Positions 9,942 to 19,713 of a stretch of 64,000 bases of DNA are shown here, piece after piece (positions within the stretch are counted from its first letter, which is position 1; every line of letters starts with the position of its first letter). Position numbers and translations under genes: made by a program. The stretch covers positions 434,001 to 498,000 of the forward strand of contig NZ_JABEMC010000001.1 in the NCBI RefSeq assembly GCF_013004595.1. Reading direction: 5' to 3'. The notes below the pieces were generated by a model. It saw nothing but the letters and a program-made list of their open reading frames with translations. It was not told the DNA's origin and did not search any database. This stretch comes from Brevibacterium luteolum (GTDB taxonomy: Bacteria; Actinomycetota; Actinomycetes; Actinomycetales; Brevibacteriaceae).

Positions 9942-10769
9942 TCAGCCGCCGAGCTCGCTCTGCTCGGAATCCTCGTTCGAGGTGACGTCGTCATCGGAAC
10001 CTGAGCCGTCACCGGCCCCACTGCCGTCTCCTGACCCGCCGTCGTCGCCGCTGCCGGCTCCATCGCGGTACGGGCCACAGGCCTCGCCGAGGAAGTCTCC
10101 GGCGAAATCGCCATCGGAATCACGCAGGGACAGTGCTGTCTGCTGGATGCCCCACCACACCTCGGGCGCGGCAGCCCAGCGCAGGCGCATGTCCTCACGC
10201 TGATCAGGATCCTTGGCCAGATCCGAGGCCGCCAGCTCAATGCGGTCCTGGGCGTCATCGGCGGTGCAGCGGGCCTGCGAATCCGGGCCCTGCGGGTTGA
10301 GCTCGGCGATCTCATCGCCGTTGACCGTTGTGAGGGTGAACGCCGAATCGCCGATCTGCTCGACCTCGAAGGTGCCCAGCACCTGGTAGAAGCTGCCCTC
10401 ATGCGCGCTCACCTGCTCAGCATCGACGTTGACGGTCACGCTGTTGGGCATGTCCGGGGTCAGCGACACCTCGCCGGAATCGGCGACATCGCCGAAGGTG
10501 CGCAGGTAGGCATTCAGGTAGGCCTCCTCGCCGTTGGCGGCGGCCTTCTCCAGGCCCTGCCACAGCGGGTCGTTCTCCTTCGCCCCGCCCGGGGAAGTGT
10601 CGACAACGACGACCGGGGGAGCGGAGTCCGGAGTCTCGACCGGGGTGACCTCCTCCGGCGACAGGGAGGGGCGCTGCTCGGGGCGCTCGGACTCGTTGAC
10701 GGCACAGCCGCTCAGCAGCAGACCGGAGGCGCACACTGCGGCGGGGAAGATGAGGAGGCGTCGGCTCAT
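9942..10769 (-). CDS. Hypothetical lipoprotein
   Basis: Lipobox LLLSGC, acidic tail; TAGACT -10 box 6 nt before ATG. Confidence 0.75.
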   Translation of the reverse strand: MSRRLLIFPAAVCASGLLLSGCAVNESERPEQRPSLSPEEVTPVETPDSAPPVVVVDTSPGGAKENDPLWQGLEKAAANGEEAYLNAYLRTFGDVADSGEVSLTPDMPNSVTVNVDAEQVSAHEGSFYQVLGTFEVEQIGDSAFTLTTVNGDEIAELNPQGPDSQARCTADDAQDRIELAASDLAKDPDQREDMRLRWAAAPEVWWGIQQTALSLRDSDGDFAGDFLGEACGPYRDGAGSGDDGGSGDGSGAGDGSGSDDDVTSNEDSEQSELGG

Positions 10770-10786
10770 GTGTCGAGTCTAGAGAA

Positions 10787-11518
10787 TCACGGCCGCAGAG
10801 TGGCCAAGGCGGCCACGTGTGCCGGGGAGATTCTCAGCTGCGCAAGCGTCTTTTCGGCCGGATGACGGTCGAGGAATTCCAGCAGCGTTGCTTTGCGGGA
10901 CCCGGACCAGGCGGCGAACTCGTCGGCCTCCATGAAGTACTCCACCGGGTGCCCGGAGGTCTTGTGGTGCTCATTGACGACGGCCAGTGAGCGCACGTAC
11001 TCCTCGGCGATGACCGCCGGTTCGACACCGGCCAGCTGCAGCATCCAGGCCGAGAACAGACCGGTGCGATCTCGGCCGGCCGAGCAGTGCAGGTACACCG
11101 GGCCGGTCTCCAGCGCCTCGGCGAGACTCTCCAGCGCACCGGCCAGCAGCCGCGGGAAGTGGGTCAGCAGCAGCGGGTACTGCTTGGGGTGGTTGAGGAA
11201 CGGGTGGTCGATCGCCTTGACGTAGGCCTCATCGCTGAAGTCCTCGACCGGGCAGGTGCGGATCGCAAACCGGTCCCAGGCCGCCTCGGGAACCTGCGGA
11301 TCAGAAGGCCTGCAGCCCACCTCGGCGGGGGCGCGCAGATCAACGACCGAACGGATCCCCAGATCAGCCAGCTGGTCGACCCCGCGGGCGGTGATGAGCT
11401 CGCGGCGCCCTCCAGCGAACACGCGCCCGAGGCGGGTCAGGCCCCCAGCGGCGGGCAGGCCGCCGAGATCGCGCGGGCCGAGGGCACCGTCGACGGTGGG
11501 GAAGCGGTCAGCGGTCAA
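10787..11518 (-). CDS. Tyrosine-protein phosphatase (PtpB-like)
   Basis: RDLGG, VVDLR, P-loop HCSAGRDRTG. Confidence 0.88.
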   Translation of the reverse strand: MTADRFPTVDGALGPRDLGGLPAAGGLTRLGRVFAGGRRELITARGVDQLADLGIRSVVDLRAPAEVGCRPSDPQVPEAAWDRFAIRTCPVEDFSDEAYVKAIDHPFLNHPKQYPLLLTHFPRLLAGALESLAEALETGPVYLHCSAGRDRTGLFSAWMLQLAGVEPAVIAEEYVRSLAVVNEHHKTSGHPVEYFMEADEFAAWSGSRKATLLEFLDRHPAEKTLAQLRISPAHVAALATLRP

Positions 11519-11531
11519 GAGCGATCAGTGC

Positions 11532-12050
11532 TCACGTGGCAGTCTCCGGGGTCACGATGCGGGAACCGGTCTCGAAACCGGTTGACAGGGTGCGCAGCAG
11601 CTCGGTGAGCTTGCGCTTCTGGGCGTCGGTCAGCTCGGCGAGCAGGTCGGCCTCATGGACGAGGAGGTCGGATAGGGCGTTGTCGACCTTCTGCTTGCCG
11701 ACTTCGGTCAGAGTCACGAGGATCGACCGGCGGTCCTTGGGATCCGGGCGGCGAGAGACCCAGCCGACCTTGACGAGACGGTCGATGCGGTTGGTCATCG
11801 TCCCAGACGTCACCATCATCTCGCTGATGAGCCGGGAGGGGGAGAGCTCGTAGGGCTCACCCGCGCGGCGGAGTGCCGAGAGCACGTCGAAGGCCCAGAC
11901 CTCCAGCTCATGGTCGTGGAAGGCCGACTTGCGCGCCTTGTCAAGCTGTTTGGCCAGCCGGGAGACCCGCGAGAGCACCTCCATCGGGGCGACATCGAGA
12001 TCGGGGCGCTCGCGCCGCCATGCCGCTACGATCCGATCGACTTCATCCAT
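11532..12050 (-). CDS. MarR family regulator, UrtR/TamR subgroup
   Basis: DEVDRIVAAWRRERPDLD N-terminal helix, FDVLSALRRAG, TSGTMTNRIDRL. Confidence 0.9.
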   Translation of the reverse strand: MDEVDRIVAAWRRERPDLDVAPMEVLSRVSRLAKQLDKARKSAFHDHELEVWAFDVLSALRRAGEPYELSPSRLISEMMVTSGTMTNRIDRLVKVGWVSRRPDPKDRRSILVTLTEVGKQKVDNALSDLLVHEADLLAELTDAQKRKLTELLRTLSTGFETGSRIVTPETAT

Positions 12051-12100
12051 GACCCCATTCTACTGCGATAGGGCCAGCGTCAAGATACTTTCCCGCAAAG

Positions 12101-12118
12101 CATCTTGATGTCAAGGAA
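12101..12118. promoter_or_regulatory. Putative UrtR/TamR-type operator
   Basis: CATCTTGATGTCAAGGAA with CTTGA-N2-TCAAG palindrome; half-site GTCAAGATA at 12079-12087. Confidence 0.6.
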
Positions 12119-12380
12119 CCTCCAGGCGGCGGCAGCGCCGCCCAGACGTCAGCACAATCACACTGCGGGCGCGGGATTCACCTGCCTGACGATGTGGCCA
12201 AACCGCCGAAGGATACTAAAGTGAGGAATGGTCGACATGCGCTGGAGCCATGCCAGCCCAGCGGTCCGCACTCAGGTGGGGACCGCCTCGGCGGCGGTGA
12301 CCCCAGCCATCCGCAGAAGGAGCACCCGGCACACGGGCCGACCCCGCGCCGGGGCACCAACATTGACGTTAGGAACTCAC

Positions 12381-13550
12381 GTGGATCTTTTTGAGTATCA
12401 GGCCCGTGACCTGTTCGAGAAGCACGGTGTGCCCGTGCTCGGCGGACGGGTCGCTGAGACGCCGGAGGAAGCACAGTCCGCAGCCCACGAGCTCGGCGGC
12501 GGCACCGTCGTCGTCAAGGCCCAGGTAAAGACCGGCGGCCGCGGCAAGGCCGGCGGCGTCAAGCTCGCCAAGTCACCCGAGGACGCGCGTGCCAAGGCCG
12601 AGGAGATCCTCGGACTCGACATCAAGGGCCACACGACCGAAAAGGTTATGATCGCCGAAGGCGCCGACATCGCCGAGGAGTACTACTTCTCGATCCTGCT
12701 CGACCGCGCCAACCGCTCCTACCTCGCCATGTGCTCCAAGGAAGGCGGCGTCGAGATCGAGACGCTGGCCAAGGAGCGCCCCGAAGCGCTCGCCAAGGTC
12801 GACGTCAACCCGCTGACCGGCATCGACGATGCCAAGGCCGCCGAGATCGCCTCCGAAGCCGGCTTCGATGGTGAGGACGCGAAGAAGGTCGCGGAGGTCT
12901 TCAAGCAGCTGTGGACCGTCTACGCCGAAGAGGACGCCACCCTCGTTGAGGTCAACCCGCTGGTCAAGACCGGCGACGGGAAGATCATCGCACTCGACGG
13001 CAAGATCACCCTCGACGACAACGCCTCTTTCCGCCACGAGGACCACGAAGAGCTGCGCGACATCAGCGCTGAGGATCCCCTCGAGCTCAAGGCCAAGAAG
13101 CTCGACCTCAACTACGTCAAGCTCGACGGCGAGGTCGGCGTCATCGGCAACGGCGCAGGACTCGTCATGTCGACCCTCGACGTCGTCGCCTACGCCGGTG
13201 AGGAGCACGGCGGCGTGAAGCCGGCGAACTTCCTCGACATCGGCGGCGGCGCCTCGGCTGAGGTCATGGCCAACGGACTCGACGTCATCCTCGGCGACGA
13301 CCAGGTCAAGAGCGTCTTCGTCAACGTCTTCGGCGGCATCACCGCCTGCGACGCGGTCGCCAACGGCATCGTCAAGGCTCTCGAGATCCTCGGCGACACC
13401 GCCTCGAAGCCACTCGTCGTCCGCCTCGACGGCAACAACGTCGATGAGGGCCGCAAGATCCTCGAAGACGCCAACCACCCGCTGGTGACCCTGACCGACA
13501 CGATGGACGGCGGCGCCGACAAGGCAGCCGAACTCGCCGCCAGCCGCTGA
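12381..13550 (+). CDS. sucC: Succinyl-CoA synthetase beta subunit
   Basis: [40 protein letters not shown] after AGGA. Confidence 0.97.
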   Translation: MDLFEYQARDLFEKHGVPVLGGRVAETPEEAQSAAHELGGGTVVVKAQVKTGGRGKAGGVKLAKSPEDARAKAEEILGLDIKGHTTEKVMIAEGADIAEEYYFSILLDRANRSYLAMCSKEGGVEIETLAKERPEALAKVDVNPLTGIDDAKAAEIASEAGFDGEDAKKVAEVFKQLWTVYAEEDATLVEVNPLVKTGDGKIIALDGKITLDDNASFRHEDHEELRDISAEDPLELKAKKLDLNYVKLDGEVGVIGNGAGLVMSTLDVVAYAGEEHGGVKPANFLDIGGGASAEVMANGLDVILGDDQVKSVFVNVFGGITACDAVANGIVKALEILGDTASKPLVVRLDGNNVDEGRKILEDANHPLVTLTDTMDGGADKAAELAASR

Positions 13551-13574
13551 TCCCATCCGAAAGGCTTAAGAATC

Positions 13575-14471
13575 ATGTCGATTTTCCTCCACTCTGACTC
13601 GAAGATCATCGTGCAGGGCATCACCGGCGGTGAAGGCACCAAGCACACCGCCCGGATGCTCGCAGCCGGATCGCAGATCGTCGGCGGCGTCAACGCCCGC
13701 AAGGCCGGCACCACCGTGTCCCACAAGGACAAGGACGGTAACGAGGTCGAACTTCCGGTCTTCGAATCCGTCGCTGAGGCGATGGAGAAGACCAGCGCCG
13801 ATGTCTCGGTTGCCTTTGTGCCGCCGGCCTTCTCGAAGGACGCCGCGTTCGAAGCCATCGATGCCGGTATCGGACTGCTTGTCATCATCACCGAGGGCAT
13901 CCCGGCCCAGGATGCCGCCCAGATCTGGGCGCACGCCTGCGAGAAGGGCAACAAGACCCGCATCATCGGCCCGAACTGCCCGGGCATCATCAGCCCCGGG
14001 CAGTCGCTGGCCGGCATCACCCCGGCCAACATCACCAACCGCGGCAAGCTCGGCCTGGTGTCGAAGTCGGGCACGCTGACCTACCAGATGATGTACGAGC
14101 TGCGTGACCTCGGCTTCACCACCTGCATCGGCATCGGTGGTGACCCGATCATCGGCACCACCCACATCGATGCGCTCGAAGCGTTCCAGAACGACGACGA
14201 GACCGAAGCCATCGTGATGATCGGCGAGATCGGCGGCGACGCTGAGGAGCGTGCCGCCGAGTACATCAAGGACAACGTCACCAAGCCGGTCGTCGGCTAC
14301 GTCGCTGGCTTCACCGCGCCCGAGGGCAAGACCATGGGCCACGCCGGCGCGATCGTCTCCGGCTCGTCCGGCACCGCCGAGGCGAAGAAGGAAGCGCTCG
14401 AAGCTGCAGGCGTCAAGGTCGGCAAGACCCCGTCGGAGACCGCTCGCCTCATGCGCGAGCTGCTCGGCTGA
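13575..14471 (+). CDS. sucD: Succinyl-CoA synthetase alpha subunit
   Basis: [28 protein letters not shown] phospho-His. Confidence 0.97.
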   Translation: MSIFLHSDSKIIVQGITGGEGTKHTARMLAAGSQIVGGVNARKAGTTVSHKDKDGNEVELPVFESVAEAMEKTSADVSVAFVPPAFSKDAAFEAIDAGIGLLVIITEGIPAQDAAQIWAHACEKGNKTRIIGPNCPGIISPGQSLAGITPANITNRGKLGLVSKSGTLTYQMMYELRDLGFTTCIGIGGDPIIGTTHIDALEAFQNDDETEAIVMIGEIGGDAEERAAEYIKDNVTKPVVGYVAGFTAPEGKTMGHAGAIVSGSSGTAEAKKEALEAAGVKVGKTPSETARLMRELLG

Positions 14472-14651
14472 GTGAGCTGATGCGCTGAGAGCTGCTGCGG
14501 CTGACAGCCCAGTTCAGCTACTTGATACTGCGGGCGCTGGTCACTGCGACCAGGGCCCGCAGTGCTGTGCAGGGGAGCGGGCCCGGCCTGACTCCACGAG
14601 GGGGGTGGGCTTTCTGAGGCTCGTCGGCCTCTGCGCAGGTTATGGGTGAAG

Positions 14652-14710
14652 AAGTTTGTAGACCTATTCATATTCAGAGGCCGGTGAAATATGAATAGGT
14701 CTACAAACTT
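14652..14710. repeat. Perfect inverted repeat, 23-bp arms, 13-nt loop
   Basis: AAGTTTGTAGACCTATTCATATT (14652-14674) / AATATGAATAGGTCTACAAACTT (14688-14710). Confidence 0.95.
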
Positions 14711-14888
14711 TGCCGCGGTTCAGACGGTCGGGCCCATTCGGCCCACGCTTGCGGGGCTTGCGAAGCGTCTCTGAAGGCGTCGAGGGACGGAATCAACTTC
14801 AGGTCACAAGCAGGCCGGCATCCTCGAGGGTATCCACAGCTCAGCAGAATCCCTCGCGCTAGAGCCCTGTGGGGGAGAGGCTCTCGGC

Positions 14889-15884
14889 ATGAGCATTCGA
14901 CCAGATGCCCCAGCAGGGAACCACGGTAGGCTCCATGCCGCGCCGACCCCCATTGCAGTGTCAGATCTGGGCGGCGTCTCGCGCGCACGCCGGTACACCG
15001 GCAGCCAGCCGACAGCGACCGGTTGTCGCGGTGCACACGCCGTCCCGACGCATGCGCCGCTGCCCAGCGGACCGGCATGGGCAGACGAAGAGTGGTATCG
15101 CGTGCGGTACGAACTCGCGTGCCTCAACGCTGTGCGCCCGGACGCGTTGGGCGGACAGATCACCGCGGCGATCCTCCGGGGCTGGCCGGTTCCTCAGCGG
15201 TTGCGCGGCGAACCGCTCACCGTCACACTGCCTGCAGGCAGTAGCCTGCAGCGCCGCGGGATCAGAGCAGCCCGGTCCAAATGCTACGCACCCCACGTCA
15301 TCTACAACGTCCGGCTCAACCGCATGGACTACGTCGTCTACGAACTCGCACGCGTCATGAACGTCGGCGAGCTCGTCTACGTCATCGACGCGATGTGCGG
15401 GACGTGGAGGACGAACCCGGTGGCCACAGTCGAGCGGATCAGAGCTGCCGCGCTTGAGGCTCGCAACGTCTTCGGCAAGAAGAACCTGCTCACCGCTCTC
15501 GATCTCGCTCGCGACAAGGTCGGCTCACCGCAGGAGACGCGGCTTCGGCTGCACATCGTCGGTGCCGGGCTGCCGACTCCGCTCGTCTGCGCGCCGATCC
15601 AGCTGCCGCGCGCCGAACAGCTCTACCACCCGGACCTGACCTACCGGGGTGCGCGGATCGCCATCGAGTACGAGGGCGGGCACCACCGCACGGATGCGTG
15701 GCAGTGGGATCATGACATCCAGCGCGAGCGCACCTTCCGCACCGCCGGGTGGGAGTACTTCCGGGTCACGAAGCGCACCGACATCTCGGAGTTCCTGGCA
15801 GACCTCACGGCCGCGCTCGACGAGCGCGCACCGCAGTGGCGCCGCAGCTCGACAGGCCCCGGCCTCAGCTCTTCTTCGCCTTGA
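14889..15884 (+). CDS. DUF559/Vsr-like PD-(D/E)xK nuclease-domain protein with AbiEi-like N-terminal part
   Basis: SPQETRLRL...GLP, HPDLTY..RIAIEYEGGHH, DIQRE...GWEYFRVT; start uncertain. Confidence 0.75.
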   Translation: MSIRPDAPAGNHGRLHAAPTPIAVSDLGGVSRARRYTGSQPTATGCRGAHAVPTHAPLPSGPAWADEEWYRVRYELACLNAVRPDALGGQITAAILRGWPVPQRLRGEPLTVTLPAGSSLQRRGIRAARSKCYAPHVIYNVRLNRMDYVVYELARVMNVGELVYVIDAMCGTWRTNPVATVERIRAAALEARNVFGKKNLLTALDLARDKVGSPQETRLRLHIVGAGLPTPLVCAPIQLPRAEQLYHPDLTYRGARIAIEYEGGHHRTDAWQWDHDIQRERTFRTAGWEYFRVTKRTDISEFLADLTAALDERAPQWRRSSTGPGLSSSSP

Positions 15885-16266
15885 CGGACACGACCGGCAC
15901 CTCGGCGCCGAGGATGATGCGCTGGGCGGTCGAGCCCATGATGAGCTTGCCCACCAGCGAGCGCTCACGCGAACCGATGACGATCATCCGCACCTCCGGC
16001 GTCGCCTCGGCGAGGGCGAGGATCTCCTCGACCGGGTCGTTGCCGCGCAGGAACTGCTTGAGCTCCTGCCGAATCCCAGCGGCCTCAAGCTTGTCGCCAA
16101 GCTCTTTGAGGTTCTCGGCGGTGGCGATGCCCTTCTCCTCGTGCGCTTCCCCGATCCCGGCGTTGAGCACGAGCAGCGCCTCGTCGAACGCCCGCGCCTG
16201 CTCGATGCCGAAGTCGACGGCTGCCATGCCTTCGGGGCTGGGGGTGTATCCGACAAGAATGGTCAT
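15865..16266 (-). CDS. Universal stress protein
   Basis: ILVGY, IVIGSRERSLVGKLIMGSTAQRI. Confidence 0.92.
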   Translation of the reverse strand: MTILVGYTPSPEGMAAVDFGIEQARAFDEALLVLNAGIGEAHEEKGIATAENLKELGDKLEAAGIRQELKQFLRGNDPVEEILALAEATPEVRMIVIGSRERSLVGKLIMGSTAQRIILGAEVPVVSVKAKKS

Positions 16267-16419
16267 GCGTCCTGGCTCCTCTGCCGTTGCTCTCGCTGTC
16301 GCGCGCGGGAAACGTCCTGCTCACAAGCCTATCGACCGAGGCTGGCGAACAGAAGATGGAACCAGGCGTTTCATCGGTCACATCCGCACGCTCCCCGGAC
16401 TGGTGGGAGACTGGTGGGT

Positions 16420-17748
16420 ATGGTTCAGTCTCTGCTGCCGGTTGCCTGCGTGCCCGATCATACCGCCCTGCGCTCACACCTCGGCCCCGCCGCCGAGGTG
16501 GTGGCCCGGTTGTGGCCGGACTGGCCGGCCGGGCATGGGGCTTCCCGGTTGGCGTGCGAGTACCTGCTCGGCCGCAGCCGCGGCTGGCTTGACATCTCCG
16601 GGCGCCCCCAGAGTGGGGAGCAGGGGGAGCAGGCGGAGACCGCGTGGTCGCCGCGGCCGACGGTCGTCATCGACGATGCAGACGGCGCACTGTTGGCCGC
16701 CGCAACCGTCGCGGGCCCTGCGATCACTGCCTACTGGGATGACCTGCGTGGCGAGCGTCGGGGGAGCGCGGTCGCAGGTCTCCTCACTGAGGCAGGCCTG
16801 CCGCAGCCGCACACCGCCTCGCCGGACCTGCACGTCGGAGCACCCGGCGGCCCGGAGATCTTCCCGCCTGGCTGCCGGGTCGTGCTGGCGGCACCGAAGG
16901 CGACGGCCGCGCTGCGGGAGTACCTGCAGGCGGCCGCCGGGTTGGCTGAGGAGTTCATCGTCGTCGGCCGGGAGAAGCACATGAGCACGGCGATCAACGA
17001 GGAGCTGGCCGAGGTGTTCGACCGAGTCGACGTCTCACCCGGGCTGGCGAAGTGCCGGCTCATCATCGGCAGCCACCCGCGTGGCGGCAGCGGTGCTGGA
17101 CCGGCCGAGGCTGCCCCGGTGTTCCCGCGCAGCGACATCCGGCCGCTGCGCGTGCCCGGTGCAGCACCCCTCGAGGTCGCGGCCTACGGCGCCTGCTACG
17201 GCGGCACCCAGATCGATCACGGCACCGACGTGCTCGTCACCAGCCTCATCGACCACCGCGCCAAGCTCACTCCTGCTGCCGGCAGTCACGATTCTGCCGG
17301 GCTCACGGTCGCCGACCTCGGCTGCGGCAACGGCTGGCTGCTGGCCAACCTCCAGGGGCTGCTGAACCCAGCCACGAGCATCGGGATCGACGTGTCCAAA
17401 GCCGCCCTCGCCTCGGCCACGGCCACCCTGAGCACAGGCAACCCGGACGTCCAGCTCGTCCTTGCCGACGCCTCAGCCGAGACCGACCCGGCACTCGATG
17501 CGCTTGCCGGCAGCTGCGATCTCATCGTGCTCAACCCGCCTTTCCACACCGGACACACGATCGAAACCGGCACCGCACACGCAATGATCCGCACAGCCCA
17601 CCGGATGCTGAAACCTGGTGGGAGACTCGTCTGCGTCTACAACTCCCACCTCGGTTACCGTGGTGCGGTCGAGCGGACGTTCGGGGCCAGCCGACAGTGG
17701 GCCAGGGACCGCAAATTCACCGTCGTCACCGCCGTGCGAGGAGCCTGA
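16420..17748 (+). CDS. SAM-dependent methyltransferase (RsmC/RlmG-like)
   Basis: IDHGT, ADLGCGNG, LNPPFH, LKPGGRL; start uncertain. Confidence 0.8.
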   Translation: MVQSLLPVACVPDHTALRSHLGPAAEVVARLWPDWPAGHGASRLACEYLLGRSRGWLDISGRPQSGEQGEQAETAWSPRPTVVIDDADGALLAAATVAGPAITAYWDDLRGERRGSAVAGLLTEAGLPQPHTASPDLHVGAPGGPEIFPPGCRVVLAAPKATAALREYLQAAAGLAEEFIVVGREKHMSTAINEELAEVFDRVDVSPGLAKCRLIIGSHPRGGSGAGPAEAAPVFPRSDIRPLRVPGAAPLEVAAYGACYGGTQIDHGTDVLVTSLIDHRAKLTPAAGSHDSAGLTVADLGCGNGWLLANLQGLLNPATSIGIDVSKAALASATATLSTGNPDVQLVLADASAETDPALDALAGSCDLIVLNPPFHTGHTIETGTAHAMIRTAHRMLKPGGRLVCVYNSHLGYRGAVERTFGASRQWARDRKFTVVTAVRGA

Positions 17749-17823
17749 CCGAGGCTGCGCTGCGGGGTGGTGCGTTGTATAGGATGGTGAGCACTGCAAC
17801 CTACCTGAAGGATGTGAGCCGGC

Positions 17824-19632
17824 GTGAGCGGCATCTGCGGACAGATCTCGACAGCCCAGGCACCACACAGGGACGCGAAGGCCGCGGTTGAGGCCATGAG
17901 CAAGGCGATGGCCGGCCGTGGCCCTGACGGTGACGGCATCATCGACGACGGGCGGGTCGCACTCGGCCACCAGCGTCTGGCGGTCATCGACCTCGGAGAG
18001 ACCGGCGCGCAGCCGATGCACGACCCCGATGTGCGCATGACGATCGTGCTCAACGGCGCGATCTACAACTACGAAGAGCTGCGCGAGGAGCTCCACGGAC
18101 TCGGCCACACCTTCCGCTCCAGCTCCGACACCGAGGTGGTGCTCAAGGCCTTCGCCGAATGGCGCGAGAAGGCCCTCGAGAAGTTCCAGGGCATGTTTGC
18201 GCTGGCCATCCACGAAGAGGAGTCCGGGCGCGTATTCATCGCCCGCGACCGGATGGGCGTGCGCCCGGTGTACTTCGCCGAGGTCGACGGCGCCTTCCGC
18301 TTCGCCTCCACACTGCCGGCGCTGCTGGCTGCCGGCGGCATCGACACCCGGATCGACCCGGTCGCGCTCAACCACTACATGACCTTCCACGCCGTGGTGC
18401 CCTCGCCGTTCACCATGCTCCAGGGCGTGCGTAAGCTGCCGCCGGCGACCTACATGTGGGTCGAGACCGATGGCTCGCAGACGCAGACGCAGTACTGGCA
18501 GCCGCTGTACGGCACCGGTGAGGACAAGGCCGACTGGTCCGAAACCGACTGGCAGGACGCGATCTACGACAGCCTGCGCGAAGCCGTGCGCCGCCGGCTG
18601 GCCGCCGATGTGCCCGTCGGCGTGCTGCTCTCCGGCGGCCTGGATTCCAGCCTCATCGTCGGGCTCATGGACGAGCTCGGGCAGAAGGACATCGAGACCT
18701 TCTCGATCGGCTTCGAGTCCTTCGGCGGTGAAGAGGGCGACGAGTTCACGTACTCCGACGTCATCGCCGAGCACTTCAAGACCAACCACCACCAGCTGCG
18801 CATCTCCACCGACCGGATGCTGCCGGCCCTCGACGAGGCGATCGGGGTCATGAGCGAGCCGATGGTCAGCCACGACGCGGTCGCCTTCTACCTGCTGAGC
18901 CAAGAGGTCGCCAAGCACGTCAAAGTCGTGCAGTCCGGGCAGGGGGCCGACGAGGTGTTCGCCGGCTACCACTGGTACCCGCCGATGTACGAAGCCGGCG
19001 ACGACGTCGAGGCTGCGCTCGCCAGCTACCAGCAGTCGTTCTTCGACCGCAGCTACGAGGAGATGGGCCAGCTCGTCTCCCCGCAGTTCATGACCGGCTC
19101 CGATGTTTCCACAGAGTACGTCGACGCCCACTTCCGCAGCCCGGGTGCGACCACCGGCATCGACCGGGCGCTGCGCATCGACACGACGATCATGGCCGTC
19201 GACGACCCGGTCAAGCGCGTGGACAACATGACGATGGCCGCAGGGCTCGAGGCGCGCATGCCGTTCCTCGACCACGACCTCGTCCAGCTCGCCGCCGAAT
19301 GCCCCGCCGAGTACAAGACCGCCCAGGAGGGCAAGGGCATCCTCAAGGAGGTTGGCCGCCGGGTCATCCCGAGCGAGGTCATCGACCGGCCCAAGGGCTA
19401 CTTCCCGGTCCCGGCCCTCAAGCACCTGCAGGGCCCATACCTGGAGAAGGTCCGCGAGGCGATCTCCGGGCAGGTCGCCCGCGACCGCGGCCTGTTCCAG
19501 CCAGCCGCCGTCGAGGCACTGCTGAAGGCCCCGAACGAGAATCTCACTCCGCTGCGCGGCAACCGGCTGTGGCAGATCGCCCTGCTGGAACTCTGGCTGC
19601 AGAACCACGGGATCACCGGCCCGGCAGCCTGA
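17824..19632 (+). CDS. asnO: N-acetylglutaminylglutamine amidotransferase (AsnB-like, NAGGN pathway)
   Basis: RGPDG, GHQRLAVID, SDTEV, LLSGGLDSS, SGQGADE, DDPVKRVDNMTMA; upstream of ngg; starts MSG rather than MCG. Confidence 0.88.
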   Translation: MSGICGQISTAQAPHRDAKAAVEAMSKAMAGRGPDGDGIIDDGRVALGHQRLAVIDLGETGAQPMHDPDVRMTIVLNGAIYNYEELREELHGLGHTFRSSSDTEVVLKAFAEWREKALEKFQGMFALAIHEEESGRVFIARDRMGVRPVYFAEVDGAFRFASTLPALLAAGGIDTRIDPVALNHYMTFHAVVPSPFTMLQGVRKLPPATYMWVETDGSQTQTQYWQPLYGTGEDKADWSETDWQDAIYDSLREAVRRRLAADVPVGVLLSGGLDSSLIVGLMDELGQKDIETFSIGFESFGGEEGDEFTYSDVIAEHFKTNHHQLRISTDRMLPALDEAIGVMSEPMVSHDAVAFYLLSQEVAKHVKVVQSGQGADEVFAGYHWYPPMYEAGDDVEAALASYQQSFFDRSYEEMGQLVSPQFMTGSDVSTEYVDAHFRSPGATTGIDRALRIDTTIMAVDDPVKRVDNMTMAAGLEARMPFLDHDLVQLAAECPAEYKTAQEGKGILKEVGRRVIPSEVIDRPKGYFPVPALKHLQGPYLEKVREAISGQVARDRGLFQPAAVEALLKAPNENLTPLRGNRLWQIALLELWLQNHGITGPAA

Positions 19633-19713
19633 CCCACCGACTTCACGCCGACACCACCGGGCCGGGGCAGGAATCCCACCCGGTGGTCTCGGCACATCCC
19701 GGCAGGAGGGACC

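Noticed and set aside
14830..14839. Replication origin from a DnaA-box-like GTATCCACA
   Set aside because: Single imperfect box with no dnaA/dnaN context
15649..16419. N-terminal extension of the methyltransferase ORF
   Set aside because: Overlaps the nuclease and usp genes; treated as an open-frame artefact
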